NCBI GenBank assembly: GCA_029259175.1
Contig: JAPDJH010000020.1
Location: 1 to 12,409 of the forward strand
Source of the DNA: Hadesarchaea archaeon
Lineage (GTDB): Archaea; Hadarchaeota; Hadarchaeia; Hadarchaeales; Hadarchaeaceae
DNA length: 12,409 nt
Direction of reading: 5' to 3'
A program made the position numbers and the translations under genes. Shown here in pieces: positions 7,507 through 12,409 of this stretch. Each line of letters starts with the position of its first letter. Position 1 is the stretch's first letter. Under the pieces are notes generated by a model. It made no database searches, was not told where the DNA came from, and saw only the letters and a program-made list of their open reading frames with translations.

Positions 7507-8358
7507 ATGATACCCGAACGCGCGTTCGTGAAGGGAGTGGTCGAGCTCATCCGTCGCGCAGAGACCGTCGCCCCCTCCGACTACCGGAAAGCACTCCAAC
7601 GGGCTCTGCGCCGCGAGCGCAACGAGATCGCGCGGGTGCAGCTCCAGACCATGTTAAAAAATCTAGAACTGGCGGAAAGGTCTCAGCGCCCCATATGCCA
7701 AGATACCGGAACATTCACCTTTTTTATTCGTTCACAAACACCGTTCCCGTTCGATGTGGCCCGAGCTATCAGGCGTGCAATCGCTCGCGCTGAACGCGAG
7801 ATCCCTCTACGCCGCAATTGGGTGGATCCGCTCACTCGGAGGCCTCTGAGGGCTTCCGACGCTAAAGCGGAAATCCATCTGGAGCCCGGCGCGCCCCCCG
7901 AGATCAGCGTGCTGGTGAAGGGAGCCGGAACTGAGAACTTTTCGCGCCTGTGGACGTTGCACCCCACCAACGACACTAGTGAGCTCACCACGCGCTTGGT
8001 GGATCTGCTCCAAGAGGCGGGAGGAAAACCATGCCCCCCGGTGACCCTAGGAGTGGGAATCGGAGGAACATCATCCCAAGCACTAGTGCTGGCAAAACAC
8101 GCCCTCCTGCGCCGCATCGACAAACCCAATCCAGATCCCCAGCTCCGAAAGCTGGAAAAAAGTTTGGAAGCGAAGCTCAACGCCTTGGGTGTTGGGCCGA
8201 TGGGGCTGGGCGGACGCACCACTGTGCTGCGCGTGCTCGCCGAGGCGGCGCCCTGCCACACCGCCACCTTGCCTGTGGGCGTGGTGCTCCAGTGCTGGCC
8301 CGGACGCCGCGGGAGAGCCGTCATCGAAGACGGCCAACTAAAGGTGATCGACCCGTGA
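7507..8358 (+). CDS. Class I Fe-S fumarate hydratase / L-tartrate dehydratase family, alpha subunit
   Basis: 283 aa with PICQDTG, KGAGTEN, PCPP, GVGIGG, GPMGLGG, CHTA and QCW motifs. TTTAA at 7478-7482 suggests a leaderless promoter. Confidence 0.93.
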   Translation: MIPERAFVKGVVELIRRAETVAPSDYRKALQRALRRERNEIARVQLQTMLKNLELAERSQRPICQDTGTFTFFIRSQTPFPFDVARAIRRAIARAEREIPLRRNWVDPLTRRPLRASDAKAEIHLEPGAPPEISVLVKGAGTENFSRLWTLHPTNDTSELTTRLVDLLQEAGGKPCPPVTLGVGIGGTSSQALVLAKHALLRRIDKPNPDPQLRKLEKSLEAKLNALGVGPMGLGGRTTVLRVLAEAAPCHTATLPVGVVLQCWPGRRGRAVIEDGQLKVIDP

Positions 8359-8897
8359 TCGAGCTAACAGCCCCGCTCCAAAAGCAGGATATCAAACGTC
8401 TTAAAGTCGGTGATGTGGTCTACCTCAGCGGAAAAATAATCACAGCACGTGACCGAGCATACAAGCGCGTGGTGACTGGGCATAGAATTCCCGTTGATCT
8501 GCGCGGTTGGGCGGTCTATCACTGCGGGCCGCTTGCAATCCGCAAAAACAAAGAGTGGAAGGTGATCTCGGCCGGGCCAACCACCAGCGCCAGGTTGGAT
8601 CCTGTACAACTTGAATTCATCAAACGTACCGGCGTGAGAGCGCTCATCGGAAAGGGAGGGGTCAGAAACACGGCTGCCGAGGGTATGAGAAAGCTCGGCT
8701 GTGTTTACTTGGCGTTTCCCGGTGGTGCAGGGGTTGTGGCAGCCAAAGCGATAAAACGTGTCGAAAGCGTGTGGTGGCGTGACCTTGGCGATACAGAAGC
8801 GCTGTGGGTGCTCCGCATGCAACACTTCGGACCGCTGATCGTGGGCATCGACTTGCACGGCGGCGATCTGTTTTCGCTGAAACAGCGCAAAACATGA
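8355..8897 (+). CDS. Class I Fe-S fumarate hydratase / L-tartrate dehydratase family, beta subunit
   Basis: GTG 8355 overlaps the alpha-subunit TGA, with RBS AGGTGA upstream. The 180-aa product has LKVGDVVYLSGKIITARD, YHCGP, AGPTTSAR, IGKGG and FGPLIVGIDLHG motifs. Confidence 0.93.
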   Translation: MIELTAPLQKQDIKRLKVGDVVYLSGKIITARDRAYKRVVTGHRIPVDLRGWAVYHCGPLAIRKNKEWKVISAGPTTSARLDPVQLEFIKRTGVRALIGKGGVRNTAAEGMRKLGCVYLAFPGGAGVVAAKAIKRVESVWWRDLGDTEALWVLRMQHFGPLIVGIDLHGGDLFSLKQRKT

Positions 8898-8947
8898 ACT
8901 TCGAAACACCGATGTTTAGGCAGGATAAACAGCCAAAAATTTTGATG

Positions 8948-9000
8948 AAAGAAAAAACAAAAATAAAAAGCTGGAGGAGCTGAGTGCGTTCTTCAGCCCC
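8948..9000 (-). terminator. Hairpin plus long T-tracts terminating the surface-protein gene
   Basis: Immediately after TGA the minus strand reads GGGGCTGA-N9-TCAGCTCC, then TCCAGC, then TTTTTATTTTTGTTTTTTCTTT. Confidence 0.7.
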
Positions 9001-12000
9001 TCACGTGCGCCTGAAGATTGCGATCGCAGCCAGGATTAGTGCAATGATGACGATGACGATTGCATAGGTCGCCCACGGAGTCACCGTGCGGGTGATGGTT
9101 GCAGAATCAGAGCCTGAGTTGCCCACGGCGTCGGTTGCCGTCACCGCCACGAGGTTCTGACCTTCAGACAGCGGCACGCTCACGCTGAAGGTGCCGGTCG
9201 ACTGGTCGAACACCACGGAGGCGGTCGACGGGCTGACTGTCAGGGTGATGTCAGCGTAGGACTCCCAATCGTCGATCTGAACCGACCCAGAGATGACGAT
9301 GCTAGCCTTGTCAGTGGTGATGTTCTTGTACTGGGAGTCGATGGTCACAGTCGGGGCGGAGGCATCGTAGAGGAAGTAGCCGTAGAGAGTTCGAGATGTG
9401 CTCTCATTACCGGCTACGTCCACTGTTGAAACCTCTATCCGCACAACCTGTCCCTGATACCCGCTCAGATCGAGAGTAGTACTCCAAGTCCGGTTGCTCA
9501 CACTAAGTGGAATAGTGTCCAACACGTTACCGGTGGAGTCAAGGATATAAATCTTGACCTGAGTAACATCGCTCTCTGTCACAGTCCCGTCTATATAGTA
9601 TGAGTAGGTACGGCTAGTGTACGGATTCTGCGGGTTGTTGTAAGTCTGGTAGGCCTTGGAAGTGGTGGACAGAGTGGGCGCGCTCGGTGGCTGGACGTTG
9701 ATCTTGAACGAGAAGTTCTCTGCTGCACGGTGTGGAGAACCACGCCCGGCGTAGTTATCGCTGTCACCTGCATACACCTGGACAACGTAGTTGCCCTCCG
9801 GAAGGGCGATGGTGCTGTTCTCGAAGTCGAAGCTGAGGAAGACCCCACTAACCACGTTCTCCTCATTCTCGAGTTTCGGAGGAGTCTTGGGCACCAATGG
9901 ATTGGGCATTCCGGGAACGTTGTCCCCGTTCTCGTAGGTAAGGACAACCACCCAACCGCGGTCCCAATTCTCGTTCTCTCTGAAGTTCTCGAAGAGGTCC
10001 CAGGTAGGAGTAGTGTTGCCCAGGTTATCGATACCTAGGAGAGAATCGCTGAAATGCACCTTTATAGTAAGTTCGTTTTCCGTGGCATATCCGCCATTAG
10101 AAACCTGAGTACCACTCGCCGTTTCTACCGTTATCGACACGGACGGTGGGTTGAGATCCACATAAAGGTTGTCCCAGTTCTCTTCGCTCACGTTGCCGGC
10201 CTTATCTTGTACCACGATGGCGATGCGGTGCTTGCCCTCGGACAGATCCTCGAGGTTAAGGTACCACTTGTCCGCGAAGGAATCGTAGCTCATCGCATAT
10301 TCAGTGTTGTCCACTTTTATCTTGACAGCTTCCACTGTGTTCTCGTTCTCAACGCCTTGGTAATTGTCTTTAATGTCGTCCTTGTCGATCTTTATGTTGA
10401 AGCTGTCCTTGGTCAAGATGCTGTCCGTCGGCCACTGCGCCGCCCCCATAATGGTGCTGAGCTTCTTGGCTGGCGGTGCGCGCCGGTCGACAAAGATTAT
10501 ATTTTCATAGTCCACCTGTGCGTCCAGATCGTTGCCCACTTTGTCTTTCACACTTATGATTTCCAGCCGGATCGGGCCGTCGCGGTTCTCGTTGTCTCCG
10601 GTAACATAGGTGGCCTCCCAGATCTTGTTCTCGGAGTCCACGGGAGCAAAGTTGTCCTCGAGTTGCACCCACTCTCGAGGAGTGACATTGTAGTTTTCGA
10701 CCAAGCGGATGTTTTCGATGCTAGAAATCGTTTCGGAGAAGGTGATTCTGATAGCCACAGACGCATCTTCCTTGACCCACACATAGTCTTGGCCGTTGAC
10801 ACTCACGGCGGTCACGGTTGGCGGGGTGTTGTCTACCTCGATGGAGTACTCCTTGGTTCCTATCAGATTGTTGCTCGCGTCGTAAAAGCCAGCAACCACC
10901 GTGTAGGTGCCGGTGGCAGCGGTTGTGAGATCGGCCGAGAACTTGAAGCTCAGGGTGTCACCCGGATCGAGGTTGTCGGAACCATCAGCAGTCCAAGTGA
11001 GCGTGTCACCGCCCTGGTCTGGATCCCATCCAGCGGGGACGGATACCACCTTGTCCTTGTTATCGATGACCACCTTAGTGTCCTTCACTCGGAGCACGTA
11101 GTTGTCCGCCCCTATCCGGACTTGGATGTTTTCCGCGACCTGAATGCTCTGACCAGCCAGTATCTTTACTTTATTGTCAGAAATTTGGATGTTGTCTCCA
11201 ACTTCAACGTCAAGTGTAGTGCCTCCGATATCAGTCTTTGCCTCAAGTGCGCTAACTCGGTTTTCCTTCAGAATAAACTCGTTGTCGCCGAGCAACTTTA
11301 TCTTGTTCTCACCAGCGGAAACATAAAGGGCATTGTCGTTCTGAGCTGTGACTTTTAAATAGGTGTTCTCAATCAGAACGGCCAAATTGTCATCCCTGTC
11401 GTACCAGTAAATGTATACATTTTCTTTCGTCTGCACCTTGTTGTCATCGTCCAAGTAGAAAGGTATCAGAACGGCTGGCGCGATCTTCGTGCCCACAGCT
11501 AGATTCTCCTGGTTTTCGCTAAGTCCAACAGAATTGTCAGTGCCTGGAACGGTCACCTTGATGTTCTCATCCGCGTTCAATGTCACAGACTTTTCTTGTC
11601 GCTCGAGATAAATTGTTGCTCCACCCGGAATCCAAAGCTCAGTCCCAGAAACTATGTAAATCTTCTGGTTGTCCACTTCCGCGAGCAACGTTAGTTCGTT
11701 GTCTGGAGCCACATAGACCTTGTTATCATCAGCTAGGTGCAAGTTTTCACCAGCAGGGATTACTGCAACTCCCTTAAGATCCCAAGACTGAACAGTATCG
11801 TCTTTCTTTATCTGGAGGACCACCTTCGTTATCACGGACGAGGTGTTGTTCGTCACTGACAACGTGAACACTTCTCTTCGAGCTCCACCCTTGACCAAGT
11901 TTGGCTCCACAGTCATCGAAACGTCGGCCTGAGCGGTAGTAGTTGAAATCGAAAGTACCATAGCAATCGGCGAAATCAGCATGGCTGCGATCAGCATTAT

Positions 12001-12015
12001 AGCTGCTGCTCTCAC
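9001..12015 (-). CDS. Large secreted, C-terminally membrane-anchored surface protein with Ig-like repeats (candidate S-layer or cell-surface glycoprotein)
   Basis: 1004 aa, GTG start with RBS GAGGTGA (12026-12020). It has a signal peptide ending AQA|D, repeated Ig-type DxxGN and VD.xPP motifs, and a C-terminal TM helix followed by RRT. It is acidic, beta-rich, has no Cys and carries about 10 N-x-S/T sequons. Confidence 0.9.
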   Translation of the reverse strand: MRAAAIMLIAAMLISPIAMVLSISTTTAQADVSMTVEPNLVKGGARREVFTLSVTNNTSSVITKVVLQIKKDDTVQSWDLKGVAVIPAGENLHLADDNKVYVAPDNELTLLAEVDNQKIYIVSGTELWIPGGATIYLERQEKSVTLNADENIKVTVPGTDNSVGLSENQENLAVGTKIAPAVLIPFYLDDDNKVQTKENVYIYWYDRDDNLAVLIENTYLKVTAQNDNALYVSAGENKIKLLGDNEFILKENRVSALEAKTDIGGTTLDVEVGDNIQISDNKVKILAGQSIQVAENIQVRIGADNYVLRVKDTKVVIDNKDKVVSVPAGWDPDQGGDTLTWTADGSDNLDPGDTLSFKFSADLTTAATGTYTVVAGFYDASNNLIGTKEYSIEVDNTPPTVTAVSVNGQDYVWVKEDASVAIRITFSETISSIENIRLVENYNVTPREWVQLEDNFAPVDSENKIWEATYVTGDNENRDGPIRLEIISVKDKVGNDLDAQVDYENIIFVDRRAPPAKKLSTIMGAAQWPTDSILTKDSFNIKIDKDDIKDNYQGVENENTVEAVKIKVDNTEYAMSYDSFADKWYLNLEDLSEGKHRIAIVVQDKAGNVSEENWDNLYVDLNPPSVSITVETASGTQVSNGGYATENELTIKVHFSDSLLGIDNLGNTTPTWDLFENFRENENWDRGWVVVLTYENGDNVPGMPNPLVPKTPPKLENEENVVSGVFLSFDFENSTIALPEGNYVVQVYAGDSDNYAGRGSPHRAAENFSFKINVQPPSAPTLSTTSKAYQTYNNPQNPYTSRTYSYYIDGTVTESDVTQVKIYILDSTGNVLDTIPLSVSNRTWSTTLDLSGYQGQVVRIEVSTVDVAGNESTSRTLYGYFLYDASAPTVTIDSQYKNITTDKASIVISGSVQIDDWESYADITLTVSPSTASVVFDQSTGTFSVSVPLSEGQNLVAVTATDAVGNSGSDSATITRTVTPWATYAIVIVIIALILAAIAIFRRT

Positions 12016-12060
12016 TTTCTCACCTCTTCTTTATTTTGCAAAAAACCCTCCACACGACCC

Positions 12061-12075
12061 TATTTAAAGATTTCG
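12061..12075 (-). promoter_or_regulatory. Consensus BRE+TATA promoter of the surface-protein gene
   Basis: The minus strand reads CGAAATC-TTTAAATA, about 45 nt upstream of the GTG start, leaving a short leader with an RBS. Confidence 0.75.
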
Positions 12076-12282
12076 AGTGCTTATAAAGCCCAAAACTCGA
12101 AAAAGGGGCAGAATTTTCTTCGTTGAATGCTAAAACCTGGTTCGGCAGATGTCGAAGGATCCGGCCGGAGTCAAGCTTCGTGCAACAACCATTTCCCCGG
12201 GATTTCTCTACCCGCAGAAAAGAAAAACGCGCAAGTCGCCTAGAAAACAAATTTATTCAAATCTGTTTTCTCCAGATTACTT

Positions 12283-12409
12283 GATGCTGTTCAAATAACG
12301 CTTTAGGTCTCTCCTCATAGAACGATTGGGGGCTAGGACCCGAGGGGATGGGAAACAACTCCAAGGAGGTGATGCTCTATGGAATCGTTCGTTCCCCTCG
12401 GGCTACCTG
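12283..12409 (+). mobile_element. 5' end of the same multicopy element (probable insertion sequence), right copy, reading outward
   Basis: Inverted copy of 1-126 beginning GATGCTGTTCAAATAA. RBS GGAGGTG (12365-12371) precedes ATG 12379, giving MESFVPLGLP, truncated at the window end. Confidence 0.65.

Noticed and set aside
8031-8354. N-terminal extension of the fumarase beta subunit (288-aa ORF)
   Set aside because: It overlaps the alpha gene out of frame. Family similarity begins at GTG 8355.
10054-11358. 434-aa plus-strand ORF and other long antisense ORFs (2058-2927, 3180-4070, 4541-5458)
   Set aside because: These are shadow ORFs opposite well-supported genes, with no recognisable motifs.
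1-12409. Linear plasmid, virus or casposon with terminal inverted repeats
   Set aside because: There are no replication, capsid, polymerase or Cas1 genes and the cargo is chromosomal. The repeats contain ORFs running off the ends, which fits contig breaks inside a repeat.

Overview
Archaeal chromosomal-type DNA, shown by TATA/BRE promoters, GGAGGTGA ribosome-binding sites and an A1-U72 initiator tRNA. A Hadarchaeota-like source is only a guess. In order, the window holds: a 126-bp repeat end (probably an IS) followed by a frameshifted MinD/ParA-like remnant; a three-gene xanthine-dehydrogenase-family molybdenum hydroxylase operon (FAD, 2x[2Fe-2S], Mo subunits); a 320-bp convergent intergenic region with six copies of a palindrome (core CTACGATAAATCGTAG) separated by unique linkers; a tungsten aldehyde:ferredoxin oxidoreductase-family gene; a small membrane protein; initiator tRNA-Met; a frameshifted DUF4143 ATPase remnant; a two-subunit class I fumarate hydratase; a 1004-aa membrane-anchored Ig-repeat surface protein; and an exact inverted copy of the 126-bp repeat. 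The most unusual signals are the REP/BIME-like palindrome array, the extreme position-restricted [D/E]-N bias and low-GC inserted module of the surface protein, and the inverted terminal repeat whose hairpin buries an RBS and start codon. All counts were made by hand.
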